Positions 10,509 through 22,920 of a stretch of 64,000 nt of DNA are shown piece after piece. Source of the stretch: an uncultured Gammaproteobacteria bacterium (GTDB taxonomy: Bacteria; Pseudomonadota; Gammaproteobacteria; CAWJPQ01). A model generated the notes under the pieces. It saw nothing but the letters and a program-made list of their open reading frames with translations, had not been told where the DNA came from and searched no databases. Made by a program: the position numbers and the translations under genes. Each line of letters begins with the position of its first letter. Positions within the stretch are counted from its first letter, which is position 1. The stretch is taken from assembly GCA_963844825.1 (NCBI GenBank), contig CAWJPQ010000003.1, forward strand, positions 10,088 to 74,087, given 5' to 3'.

Positions 10509-12319
10509 TGCCCGGCCCCCGGCTGCTTTTCGATCAGGTCGATGAACACCTGCTCGAGGGTGGGCTCGGGCAGGGCCGGGCTTGCGGTCTGCGCCTTGAG
10601 CTCGTCGGGAGAACCCAGGGCGATGCTCCGGCCCCGGTACATGATCAGCAGGCGGTCGCAGTATTCCGCCTCCTCCATGAAGTGGGTGGTCACCAGCACC
10701 GTCACCCCCTCCGCCGCCATGGCGTTGATGCGCCGCCAGAACTCCCGGCGCGCCAACGGGTCCACGCCGGAGGTGGGCTCATCGAGGAAGACGATCTTGG
10801 GCCGATGCATCAGGGCGCTGCCCAGGGCCAGGCGTTGCTTGTAGCCCAGGGGCAGGTCGGCGCTCACCGCATCGCCCATCTCCCGCAGGCCGAACTCGTC
10901 CAGCACCCAGTCGATGCGCTCTTGGCGCACGCGGCCCGACAGGCCGTAGGTGCTGCTGAAGAAATTGAGGTTCTGGCGCACGCTCAGATTCCCGTACAGG
11001 GCGAACTTCTGGGACATATAGCCGATCTGGGCGCGGGCCGCCGCGGCCGCCCGGCGCAGGTCCACCCCGGCCACCCGCAGGGTACCCGACGACGGCGGCA
11101 ACAGCCCGCACAGCATGCGAAAGGTGGTGGACTTGCCGGCGCCGTTGGGCCCCAGCAGGCCGAAGATCTCCCCCCGGCCCACTCGGAAGCTTATCCGGTC
11201 CACCGCACAAAAGGCGCCGAAGCGCTTGGTGATCTCCTTGACCTCGATGGCCCCCTCCCCCGGCGCGGCGGCGGACGGCGCAGGCGCCGCAGTAACCGCA
11301 GTAGCCGCCGGGGCCGGGGCCGCATCCGGTGGGCCTGCGGAGTCCTGCCCCTCCAGGCGCTCCTTGATCGCCGCGATCGCCGCGTCCTCGAAGCGCGGGG
11401 GGACCGCCTCCAGGTGCTCCCGCGCATCCCCTTCCAACACGGCGCCGATGTCAGCTACGTCTGCGCCCTGTTTCAGGACCAGCCGTACCCGGGCCCCCTG
11501 GATCACCGTATCCAGGACGGCGGGCGAACGGGACAGGCGCTCCTGCATCAGGCGCTTGTCACCGGCGGGGGCGGCCATGGTAAAGCACCGCCCCTGCAGG
11601 CGCCGGGTGAAGTCCCCCGGGGGCCCCTGACCGAGCAGCGCGCCCTGATGGAGCAGCAGCACCTCCTCGCAGCGCTCCGCCTCATCCAGGTAGGCGGTAC
11701 TGAGCAGGATGCCCGTGCCGCCCTTGACCAACTGGTAGATGATCTCCCACAGCTCGCGCCGGGACACCGGGTCCACGCCCACGGTGGGCTCGTCCAGCAG
11801 CAGCAGCGCCGGGGGCCGCACCAGGGTGCAGGCCAGGCCGAGCTTTTGCTTCATGCCCCCCGACAGCTTGCCCGCCAGGCGGTCCATGAAGGGGGCGAGG
11901 TTGGCCAGGTGCATCAGCTGCTCGAAGCGCTGGGCCCGCGCCCCGCGGGGCACGCCCTGGAGATTGGCGTACAGGTCGAGGTTCTGGCGCACGGTGAGGT
12001 CTTCATACAGGCCGAAGCGCTGGGGCATGTAACCGATGCTGGCCTGTATCTTCAGGCTCTGGGCCGCGACATCCATGCCCAGGGCGACAATGCGCCCTTG
12101 GTCCGCCGCGAGCAGCCCGGCGATCAGGCGCATCAACGTGGTCTTGCCGGCCCCGTCGGGTCCGATCAGGCCGCTGACACGCCCCGTCCCGATGGTCGCC
12201 GAGATGCCGGCCAGGGCGGTGACCCGGCGTCCGCCGGTGTCGAACCGCTTGACCACCTCCTCTATCACGACGGCGGGACTCGCCCCCGGTGCTCGCGTTG
12301 CCTCGCCGGCCGCGCCCAT
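10505..12319 (-). CDS. ybhF: ABC transporter ATP-binding protein with two ATPase domains (YbhF-like)
   Basis: Two Walker A motifs (GPDGAGKT, GPNGAGKS), LSGGMKQK, two DEPT Walker B motifs. Confidence 0.9.
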   Translation of the reverse strand: MGAAGEATRAPGASPAVVIEEVVKRFDTGGRRVTALAGISATIGTGRVSGLIGPDGAGKTTLMRLIAGLLAADQGRIVALGMDVAAQSLKIQASIGYMPQRFGLYEDLTVRQNLDLYANLQGVPRGARAQRFEQLMHLANLAPFMDRLAGKLSGGMKQKLGLACTLVRPPALLLLDEPTVGVDPVSRRELWEIIYQLVKGGTGILLSTAYLDEAERCEEVLLLHQGALLGQGPPGDFTRRLQGRCFTMAAPAGDKRLMQERLSRSPAVLDTVIQGARVRLVLKQGADVADIGAVLEGDAREHLEAVPPRFEDAAIAAIKERLEGQDSAGPPDAAPAPAATAVTAAPAPSAAAPGEGAIEVKEITKRFGAFCAVDRISFRVGRGEIFGLLGPNGAGKSTTFRMLCGLLPPSSGTLRVAGVDLRRAAAAARAQIGYMSQKFALYGNLSVRQNLNFFSSTYGLSGRVRQERIDWVLDEFGLREMGDAVSADLPLGYKQRLALGSALMHRPKIVFLDEPTSGVDPLARREFWRRINAMAAEGVTVLVTTHFMEEAEYCDRLLIMYRGRSIALGSPDELKAQTASPALPEPTLEQVFIDLIEKQPGAGQ

Positions 12320-12327
12320 GGCGTCCC

Positions 12328-13399
12328 TCAGCGCATGGACGGCGGCGGGTCAGACGCTTCCTTCCCGGCGTCACCCGCACAGCCCAGCGTCGCCGGGGTC
12401 AGTTGATTCGGGGAGAGGGTGACCGTCGCCGGCATGCCCTGGCGCAGCTCATTGCGGGGGTTGCAAACGTACACGCGCACCTGATAGACGAGGTTGGTGC
12501 GCACATCCGGCGTCTCCACGCTCTTGGGCGTGAACTCCGCCGTCGGGGAGATATAGCCCACCCAGGCCTTGTAGGCCTTGTCCGGGAACGAGTCCGTGGT
12601 CACCCGGGCCGCCATCCCCGGATGCACCTTGCCCAGGTCCCGCTCCGAGACATAGGCGCGGACCCACAGGGGCTGGTCCAGGGCAAGGGTGTAGACCGGG
12701 GTCTGGGGCGAGGCCATGTCCCCGGGCTCCAGGATGCGGTTCTCCACCACCGCGTCCACCGGCGCCGACAGCCGGGTGTCGGCCAGATCGGTCTGGTCCA
12801 GCGCCAGCTGGGCCTTGAGCGCCTGCAGCCGGGCCTTGGCCGCGGCGATGTCCTCTTTGCGCGGGCCTTCCAGGGCCAGGGCCAGGGAGGCCTTGGCCGC
12901 CCGCAGACGCGCCGTTGCCGCGTCGGCCGCCGAGCGGGCGTCCTCGGCGTTCTCGCTGGAGGTCAGGCCGCGCTTGAGCAGGTCCGCCTGGCGGCGGGCG
13001 ATGCGCGCGGTATTGCGGGCCTCGGCCTGGGCCGCCTCCACGTCGGCACGCGCCTTATGGATCTCCTGGGGGCGGGTGCCCGCCACCAGGGCCGCCACCA
13101 CCTGTTCCTGGGCGGCCACTTGCGCCTGGGCCTGGGCTACCCGGTGGGTAAAGCGCCGGTCGTCAAGGCGGGCCAGTCGCTGCCCCTGCTTGACCCGCTC
13201 GCCTTCCGTGACGTCCATGGCCTCGATGCGCTCCGGGACGGAAAAGGCCAGATCCACCTGGCGAATATCCACGTTGCCGTACAGGGTCAGCCCGGAAACA
13301 GTGGCCTGTTTCCCGCTGAAGTACCAGACGGCCCCCCCGCCACCTGCTCGCTAGCAGAATGACGACGATGACAAGCCGCTTAACCTTGCTCACACTCAC
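12328..13399 (-). CDS. ybhG: HlyD-family membrane fusion protein (YbhG-like), frameshift near 13340
   Basis: LYGNVDIRQVDLAF and ISPTAEFTPKSVET motifs; N-terminal TM anchor lies in another frame (13163..13399 ORF). Confidence 0.8.
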
Positions 13400-13487
13400 C
13401 CCTGTTCCTGGTATTCATTAGGGCCCTCCATGGAATAAGTCGCCGGCGGTGCGGCGTTACCGGGTGCTCCCGGCGTGGTTGCCGGAG

Positions 13488-14453
13488 CTATTTAGTCATG
13501 GTGGTGTCCCACGTGGTCGTCTCCCCCTGACGCACGGACACCTTCTGTTGTATATCCTGATAGCCCTCGGCGGCAAGCCTGACGGTATATATCCCCGGCG
13601 CCAGGTGCAGTTTCAACGGCGACGTCCCGTAATACACATCGCCGATATAGACCTTGACCCCGCCGGGGGTCGTGCCCACCGCCAGCACCCCCTGGCGGTC
13701 CGGTGCTCCGGCATTGGACCCGGCCGGCGCCGCCGCTGCAGGAGGGGCGGCCTGAACCGTCACGCCTGGCACGGGGGCCCCGGCTTGCAGGAACAGGTCG
13801 GGCTGGGCCCGGGCCAGGGCGCCGTTGACCGCCATGAGCGTCTTGCGCGTGACGTTTTGCAGGCTCTTGTGGATAAAATGAACAATGGTCGCCCGATTGT
13901 CGCCCATGACGCCGGCAAAGCGCTCCGACTGCTCCTTGACCGTGCCCGACCAAAGGGCCTGCCCGCTGCCCGGCGTGCGCAGGGTGGATTGCACCTGCAT
14001 GTCGATCTGATCCCGGGAGTGCACGTCGTAGCGAAAGCTGTCGATCCGCCCCCCGAGCACGAAGGCCGCGCGATCCGTATGGGGGTCGCCGTCACTCACC
14101 ACCTGGTAGCCGCCGGCCGCCAGCTGTTGCCTCATGGCGGCGGTGACCAGCGCGGCGACATCCTCATCGACGACGATCTTGTCGCTGTGCAGGTCGGAGA
14201 CGTGGGTGTTTCTGATATCCCCGATCTGGCGCGAGGGGGCGTTGTCCCGGGCATCCCGGTACTCTTTGACCCATATGTAGACAGGGCGGCGCGGATTGAC
14301 GGGCTGCACATCGGCGGGCTTGAGGCCTTCCTTGACCTGCAGCGGGCCGGCGCTGCCGCCCAGCGAGGGGACCCGATAGCTCGCGCATGCGCTGAGCACA
14401 AGGCCCATGGTTACTGTCAGACATACCGCTTTGCATAAACCCTTCACCACCAT
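13488..14453 (-). CDS. Lipoprotein with YajG-like domain and C-terminal PEGA domain
   Basis: Lipobox LSAC; TTPGGVKVYIGDVYYGTSPL...PGIYTVRLAAEGY PEGA pattern. Confidence 0.7.
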   Translation of the reverse strand: MVVKGLCKAVCLTVTMGLVLSACASYRVPSLGGSAGPLQVKEGLKPADVQPVNPRRPVYIWVKEYRDARDNAPSRQIGDIRNTHVSDLHSDKIVVDEDVAALVTAAMRQQLAAGGYQVVSDGDPHTDRAAFVLGGRIDSFRYDVHSRDQIDMQVQSTLRTPGSGQALWSGTVKEQSERFAGVMGDNRATIVHFIHKSLQNVTRKTLMAVNGALARAQPDLFLQAGAPVPGVTVQAAPPAAAAPAGSNAGAPDRQGVLAVGTTPGGVKVYIGDVYYGTSPLKLHLAPGIYTVRLAAEGYQDIQQKVSVRQGETTTWDTTMTK

Positions 14454-14623
14454 CGCCTCCCTGATGTTCCAATGCCCACCGGTACCTTTATATCAAACAT
14501 GGATCGGGCAAATCCATCGCACCGCCGCCGGCCCAAGCGGGGCATTATATCCCATTAGCGGCGGGGTTTGAGGGGAAGGTCGAAGCGAGGCGGGCGCGGA
14601 CGCAACCGCGGATCAGCGCGTTA

Positions 14624-15886
14624 TCAGGTTACCGATGTCGTCGTGAACTCGGTCGACCGGCACGCCTCCTCATCCATGCACTGCTTGCACACCTCGATCC
14701 CGTTTTGAGAATGCTTGGCCTCGTACATGGAGATATCCGCGCAGCGCATGAGCATCTCCTCGCCCTTGCCGTGGAACGGGTAGGCGCTGATGCCCACGCT
14801 GCCCCCGATCTGCAGACGCAATCCATTGATCACAAAGGGGGTGCGCAGCTGACCGATGACCTTCTCGGCGATGTGCACGCCGCCCTTCACGTCCGAATCA
14901 AACAGCAGCAGCGCGAACTCGTCACCGCCCAGGCGGGCCACCGTATCGGACTCGCGTATCATCTTCTGCAGCCGGATCGCCACCTGCTGGATCAGCATAT
15001 CGCCCACCTGATGGCCGTGGGTATCGTTGACCTCCTTGAAGCGGTCCAGATCCACGAGCAGCAGACAGAAGGGCTTGGCGCTGCGCCGCGAGGAGATGAT
15101 CGCCTGGTGCAGGCGGTCATAGAAGTGGGTGCGATTGGACAGGCCCGTGAGCGGGTCGTGCAGGGCCTGATACTCCAACGCCTCGGCCAGGTCGACCAGA
15201 GAACGGCGCATGTACTCCAGGTCGACCGCAAGCTCATTGACCTCCCGGACATTGCTCCGGATGCCCAGGGAATGACTGAAGTGGCCGGAGGCGATCAGCC
15301 GTGACGCCTCCCTGACGCGGGTCAACGAGCGCGAGACCTGGCTCGTGACGAAACCCACCAGGATCAGGGTCAGCGCGATGTACGCAAACCCCAGGTAGAG
15401 GCCGCGCCGGTAGGCCTGAGCGATCTGATCACGGGTCGGCGCCTCCTCATAACCCAGATGAAGCTCCATCCCGTCCGCCCCGGCGCCCCTCAGGGGCACC
15501 GAGATGTAGTAGACGCCGTCGTTGCCCTGGCCGAAGAAAAAGTCTTCCCGGAATTGCGTATCCGGGGGCAAGGCCGGAGCGCCCAACAGGAGCCGGCCCT
15601 TGGCGTCGACGAGGCGCGCCGAGACCACCTGACCCGAGAAGACCGCCTCATTGAGAAGTTTTTGCGCATCGTGCGTCGTCATGGCCTCGCCCACCAGGCG
15701 CGAGAAGATATAGGCCTGGGTACGCACATTGTCGATGAACTGCGCCTCGTAGCCCCGCTTGACGATGTACAGGACGCTGCCGAACAGCAGCGGCAGCAAC
15801 AGGGCATGGACGGCCAGCATGCCGAGCACCATGCGCCCGCTGAATCTCGTTACCCAGTGCCGGATCAATTCACGTAGCCCGACCAT
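14624..15886 (-). CDS. Membrane diguanylate cyclase (2 TM, periplasmic domain, HAMP, GGDEF)
   Basis: HDPLTGLSNR, DLDRFKEVND, RESD I-site, RLGGDEF intact. Confidence 0.9.
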   Translation of the reverse strand: MVGLRELIRHWVTRFSGRMVLGMLAVHALLLPLLFGSVLYIVKRGYEAQFIDNVRTQAYIFSRLVGEAMTTHDAQKLLNEAVFSGQVVSARLVDAKGRLLLGAPALPPDTQFREDFFFGQGNDGVYYISVPLRGAGADGMELHLGYEEAPTRDQIAQAYRRGLYLGFAYIALTLILVGFVTSQVSRSLTRVREASRLIASGHFSHSLGIRSNVREVNELAVDLEYMRRSLVDLAEALEYQALHDPLTGLSNRTHFYDRLHQAIISSRRSAKPFCLLLVDLDRFKEVNDTHGHQVGDMLIQQVAIRLQKMIRESDTVARLGGDEFALLLFDSDVKGGVHIAEKVIGQLRTPFVINGLRLQIGGSVGISAYPFHGKGEEMLMRCADISMYEAKHSQNGIEVCKQCMDEEACRSTEFTTTSVT

Positions 15887-16323
15887 AGGACCTGCATGAT
15901 CTTCACGTTTTGATCCTCGGCGGTCTTCTTCCACATATAGGTGACGGTGCCGGACTCGGTTTTCAGCCTGTGCACCAGTGCGCTCAGGTTCGAGATGGTC
16001 TCGGGCCGCGCCCAGCCGTGACTGAACGCCTGGCTCACCAGGCGGCGCTGGTAGTGCCGCCACGACATGAACATCACCTTCTGCAAAAACACCTCTCTGA
16101 GCAGCGGGTCCGTCTCGTTCAGCACCGGCTGCAGCCGCACCCCGCCCTTCACCACGGGGGCGTCCATGAACAGGAACAGCACCTCGTCGTTGGACAGCTT
16201 CTCAATACCGCCGGCGGTGCCGCTGACCAACACCAGGGTCCTGTGTCTCTCATCCGCCCGGGCGCCGCTCACGGGCGCCATAAGCACGAGGATAAGCGCC
16301 AATAAACCGAGCACACGCCTCAT
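15865..16323 (-). CDS. Small periplasmic protein (substrate-binding-protein-like)
   Basis: Signal peptide ending ARA; ATG overlaps upstream stop (ATGA); overlaps the cyclase start. Confidence 0.65.
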   Translation of the reverse strand: MRRVLGLLALILVLMAPVSGARADERHRTLVLVSGTAGGIEKLSNDEVLFLFMDAPVVKGGVRLQPVLNETDPLLREVFLQKVMFMSWRHYQRRLVSQAFSHGWARPETISNLSALVHRLKTESGTVTYMWKKTAEDQNVKIMQVLWSGYVN

Positions 16324-17498
16324 GGGAACATTGCGCTCCACTGCGCCATGAGCTGGCTGTAATGGCCGCCTTCACGCAGGTAGCGCGCCCCTTCGAGGGT
16401 TACCGCCTGCCGCGGGGTGATCTCGAAGCGAAGGCCGCCGACGAGCCCCGTATTGGCCAGGCCGTTGGACAGCAGTTGAAGGTACGGGTCATGATTGACG
16501 GCCGCGCTGCCCTCGTATCTCACATAGGGGATCCAGTGGGACGTGACTTTGTACTCAAGCTGCAGGTATCCGCTGTAGAACGTGTGTGACGGGCTGGCCG
16601 CCGCCGTGCGTTTGATCTCGTTGTGGACGCCGAATACCGCCGCGTTCACGTGCACCTCGCGCCGCGTCCAGTTCACAAAGCCGCCCGCGAGCACCTGATT
16701 GACCTGGTCGACACCGCCGCCCCTGCCGGGCAACTGCGCGGCGCCGGCGAACACGCCCGCCTCGTTGGTGCCCAGCGCGTCCGGCAGGTACGAGGCCATG
16801 AACACGCCCATCAAGCGGTTGCCGAACAGCTTGGGGTGCAGGGCGTTGAGGGCCGCCAGCTTCCCGGGCTTCAATTCCGGCGCAGCGCCGAACCCCAGAT
16901 GGAAACGCCATTCACCCCCGTCCCCCGTGATGGTCTTATCCACCCGAACGCCCCACAGGTGGATGGGGAGCACGCCGCCGTCGTCTTCATACTGGACGAT
17001 CTGCGGACGGCTGATGGAGGTCTGCAGAAACGGGGCGTGGTGATAGAGAATGTCCCAGTAGGAGGCCGGTGAGTGATAGCGACCCACCCAAAGCAGGGTA
17101 TTGTTGCCGATGCGCCGGCCGAGCTCGAGCCGCTCCAGGTCGTGCTCTTCGTCGCTCACCAGGTACTCGCCCAGAAAACGCCAGTTTTTATAGGAGGCAA
17201 GACCGAACAGGTCGGCGCCGTAGTGTGTCTCGTGCTTGGCCAGGCCACTGGCGGCGGGCAGCCCGGGGCGCTGGGCGTATTTCACAAACGGGAAGACCAC
17301 CCCGTCGACCCCCGCCCGGGCCGGGGTGGGGAGCGTCACCACCGGCAGGCACGCCAGCACGATGGCCGCAAGCCTTCGCAGCCGGACCACAGCGCGGGAC
17401 CGTTGCGGCGGGTCGGCCGAGGCGGTTGCGTCAGGCAGGTTATTGGCGGAACTCCGGGATATCGGTTTGTTATAAGACTTTTCCGCGTATATCCTCAC
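16320..17498 (-). CDS. Putative outer-membrane beta-barrel / porin
   Basis: Signal-like segment ending ARA; amphipathic strands; VGRYHSPASYW..YHH..FLQTSISRP; ends WSAMFP; start codon uncertain. Confidence 0.65.
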   Translation of the reverse strand: MRIYAEKSYNKPISRSSANNLPDATASADPPQRSRAVVRLRRLAAIVLACLPVVTLPTPARAGVDGVVFPFVKYAQRPGLPAASGLAKHETHYGADLFGLASYKNWRFLGEYLVSDEEHDLERLELGRRIGNNTLLWVGRYHSPASYWDILYHHAPFLQTSISRPQIVQYEDDGGVLPIHLWGVRVDKTITGDGGEWRFHLGFGAAPELKPGKLAALNALHPKLFGNRLMGVFMASYLPDALGTNEAGVFAGAAQLPGRGGGVDQVNQVLAGGFVNWTRREVHVNAAVFGVHNEIKRTAAASPSHTFYSGYLQLEYKVTSHWIPYVRYEGSAAVNHDPYLQLLSNGLANTGLVGGLRFEITPRQAVTLEGARYLREGGHYSQLMAQWSAMFP

Positions 17499-17775
17499 AT
17501 AATCCCCCTCTCAATCAGGGCCTAGCAAAAGGCGCAGGGGGACCGTTGCCACGCCGCAGATCGCGCGTGGCACTGGCCCATTGTCATAGTTGTTCTTACA
17601 TCGTTATGTATCGGCGGATGCCGCCGGGGATTGAATCAAACTGATCCATGCGCATCATGGACATATGCGCCGACGGGCGGGCCTTGGACAGGCCCGCGGC
17701 CAAACCGGCTGAAGGGGGGAAGACGCCACAGCGCCGGATCGGCGGGCGCCCTAACAGGTCGGTGACGGAGGCGGG

Positions 17776-20272
<2,497 letters not shown>

Positions 20273-20359
20273 TGAGGCGTGCGTGGTCAGTTAGGTTAAA
20301 GGAGCTGGGAGACTTCGGCGTACAACCAGGCGCTTGGTTCTTGGTATTGAATTATAGCC

Positions 20360-20544
20360 CTACTTTACTAGATACAATAACACGGCGCCACCGATCATGC
20401 TCCCAAGGCCCACCATCCGCAGGGAGCGGTCGTTCATCCTGGCCAGTTGATCGAAGGTGTCCCGGGTGAGCCGGGGATTCAGGAAGGGCAGGATGCCCTC
20501 CAGAACAAACATCAACGCCAAGGCTGAACCAGGTCTCGCCACAT
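20360..20544 (-). CDS. yjeT: DUF2065 (YjeT) small membrane protein, 1-nt deletion near 5' end
   Basis: ALALMFVLEGILPFLNP; ATG 20544 (MWRDL) joins after restoring one T; synteny. Confidence 0.8.
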
Positions 20545-20665
20545 GGGGCTTCTTCTATCCCTCGCCGGCGGCGATGGTGTCCCGCGGCCCTCCCCCGGGG
20601 ATCCGCCGCCGCAAGGCGCGATTCCCCCGGGGATGGGAAGCGGCCCGCAGGCGGCGCGCCGCCGG

Positions 20666-21589
20666 TCAATGCTGGGTTTGCCCGCCCATCGGCTTCACAT
20701 CGCCGCCTTTGTCTTTGGGACTCGCTCCGCCCTGACGCTTGAAGAACTTGAAGAACTCCGTATCGGGCGCCTGGATAATAAGATCCGAGGGCGAGTTGAA
20801 AGAGGACCGGTAGGCGATCAGACTGCGGTAAAATTCGTAAAAGTCGGGCGCGGCCCGGTAGGCCTTGGCGTAGGTCCCCGCGGCCTTGGCATCGCCCTCA
20901 CCACGTATCTGCTCGGCCTGACGGTAGGCATCGGCCAGGATCTCCACGCGCTGACGATCGGCGTCGGCACGGATGCGCTCCGCCGTCTCATGGCCCTTGG
21001 CCCGCAGTTGCTTGGCCACCCGCCCGCGCTCGGCCTCCATGCGCTTGTAGACGGAGGCGCTGACCTCGGTAGGCAGGTCGACCCGTTTCATGCGCACATC
21101 GACGATGCTGATGCCGAAGTCCTTGACCTGTTTGTTGGCATCCACGAAGACATTCTGCATGATCTGACGGCGCTCGCCGGAGACCACTTCCTGAATGGTG
21201 CGCTTGCCGAACTCATTGCGCAGTTCATCCTTGATGATCTGGGCGATACGCGTCTCGGTGCGTGTCTCGTTGCCGCCCATGGCGGTGTAGTAGCGCCCCA
21301 CGTCCGCGATCCGCCACTTGACGAACGAATCGACGATGACGTTCTTCTTCTCGTTGGTCAGATAGCGCTCGGGCGCCGAGTCCAGATTCAGCACGCGGCT
21401 GTCGAAGGTCATCACGTTATTGATGAAGGGCATCTTGAAATGCAGCCCCGGAGCCAGGTCCGTGCGCTCGATGGCGCCCAGCCGGAACAGGATGGCCTTC
21501 TGTCTTTCATCCACCGAATACATGGACAACGAGCCGACCACCAGGACGACCAGCGCGACAATGATGGCTATGAGTTGATTACGGCTCAT
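20666..21589 (-). CDS. hflC: FtsH protease modulator HflC
   Basis: SPFH domain, PGLHFKMPF, RMEAER, FYEFYRSL. Confidence 0.95.
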   Translation of the reverse strand: MSRNQLIAIIVALVVLVVGSLSMYSVDERQKAILFRLGAIERTDLAPGLHFKMPFINNVMTFDSRVLNLDSAPERYLTNEKKNVIVDSFVKWRIADVGRYYTAMGGNETRTETRIAQIIKDELRNEFGKRTIQEVVSGERRQIMQNVFVDANKQVKDFGISIVDVRMKRVDLPTEVSASVYKRMEAERGRVAKQLRAKGHETAERIRADADRQRVEILADAYRQAEQIRGEGDAKAAGTYAKAYRAAPDFYEFYRSLIAYRSSFNSPSDLIIQAPDTEFFKFFKRQGGASPKDKGGDVKPMGGQTQH

Positions 21590-22848
21590 CGACGTCTCTC
21601 CCTCTCACGCGAGGCCTGAAAGCTGCTCTCTATGCGCTGGCGCAGGCTGTCACTTTGCGATTGCTGGCTGCCCGAGGACGAACCGGCGCCGCCGCCCGAC
21701 GGGGGCGACTGCTGTGGCTGCGACGAGCCGCCGCCCTGATCGGACCCCTGCTGGGACTGCTTGGCCTCGCGGTTCTCCTTGAGGATGCGATCCAGCGGCA
21801 GATACATCAGGCTGTTGCTCCCGCCCGTGTCCAGCAGCACCTTGCTCGTGTTGGAGTAGACGTCCTGCATGGTCTCCAGATAGAGGCGCGTGCGGGTGAT
21901 GTCCGGGGCCTTCTGGTACTCGGTCAGGATTTCGTTGAACCGGTCCACATCGCCCTTGGCATTGGCGATCTTCTTGGCGCGATAACCCCGCGCCGCCTCG
22001 ATCGCGCGCGCGCCGGCGCCGCGGGCCTTGGGGATGACGTCATTGGCGTACCCCTCGCCCTCGTTGATGATGCGCTGCTGATCCTCCCGCGCCTTGATGG
22101 CGTCGAGGAATGCGCCCTGCACTTCCTCGGGGGGCTGGGCATCCACCAGGTTGACGCTGGTCACATGGAGCCCGGTACCGTAGCGATCGGCGATCTCCTG
22201 CATCAGCTTCTCGGTCCCCGCCACGATCTCGGCGCGGCCTTCCTTGAGGACAAAGTCCATCTGGTGCTTGCCTACCACCTCACGGATAGAGCTCTCGGCG
22301 ATCTGCTTGAGGGTGGTATCCGGATCGCGCACGTCGAACAGGTACTTGCGGGGGTCCTCGACCCGGTACTGAATAGCCACCCGCAGGTCGACGATGTTCT
22401 CGTCCTGGGTCAGCATCAGGGCCTCGCTGGGCACCGGGGTCGCCTTCTGCCCTTCTATGCTCCGATAACCGATCTCGATGGTCCTGACCTGATCGATATT
22501 GACCTTCTCGACGGTCTCGAGGGGGCGCGGCAGGCGGATATTGGGGCCGGGCCTCAAGGTGGCGACATACTTTCCAAAGCGCAACACCACCCCGCGCTCG
22601 GCCGGCTGGATGATATAGACCATATCGTAGGCCAGCCAGGCGAGCACGGCGACGACCAGGATAATGGCGATACCGCCGCGCGGGTGCCCGCCGCCGCCAT
22701 GGGAACGGCCGCCCCCGAACAGACCGCCGAACCGGTCTTGCAGTTTGCGAAGGATCTCGTCCAGGTCAGGAGGGCCTTGGTTGTTACGGCCGCCGCCCCC
22801 GCCCCATGGATCGTTATCTTTTCCACCACCTGGTTCATTCCAGGCCAT
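21586..22848 (-). CDS. hflK: FtsH protease modulator HflK
   Basis: MAWNEPG, GPPDLDE, MLTQDENIV. Confidence 0.96.
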   Translation of the reverse strand: MAWNEPGGGKDNDPWGGGGGRNNQGPPDLDEILRKLQDRFGGLFGGGRSHGGGGHPRGGIAIILVVAVLAWLAYDMVYIIQPAERGVVLRFGKYVATLRPGPNIRLPRPLETVEKVNIDQVRTIEIGYRSIEGQKATPVPSEALMLTQDENIVDLRVAIQYRVEDPRKYLFDVRDPDTTLKQIAESSIREVVGKHQMDFVLKEGRAEIVAGTEKLMQEIADRYGTGLHVTSVNLVDAQPPEEVQGAFLDAIKAREDQQRIINEGEGYANDVIPKARGAGARAIEAARGYRAKKIANAKGDVDRFNEILTEYQKAPDITRTRLYLETMQDVYSNTSKVLLDTGGSNSLMYLPLDRILKENREAKQSQQGSDQGGGSSQPQQSPPSGGGAGSSSGSQQSQSDSLRQRIESSFQASRERERRR

Positions 22849-22920
22849 TGATTACTCCATTCATCGGTTTCAAGCTAAGGTGCGATTTTATTGTGCCTAC
22901 GTCGCCGTCGCAAGGACTCA

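Noticed and set aside
17696-17755. c-di-GMP-I riboswitch-like words near the cyclase operon
   Set aside because: Wrong strand for the operon, and no GAAA tetraloop stem or GCAAAG core
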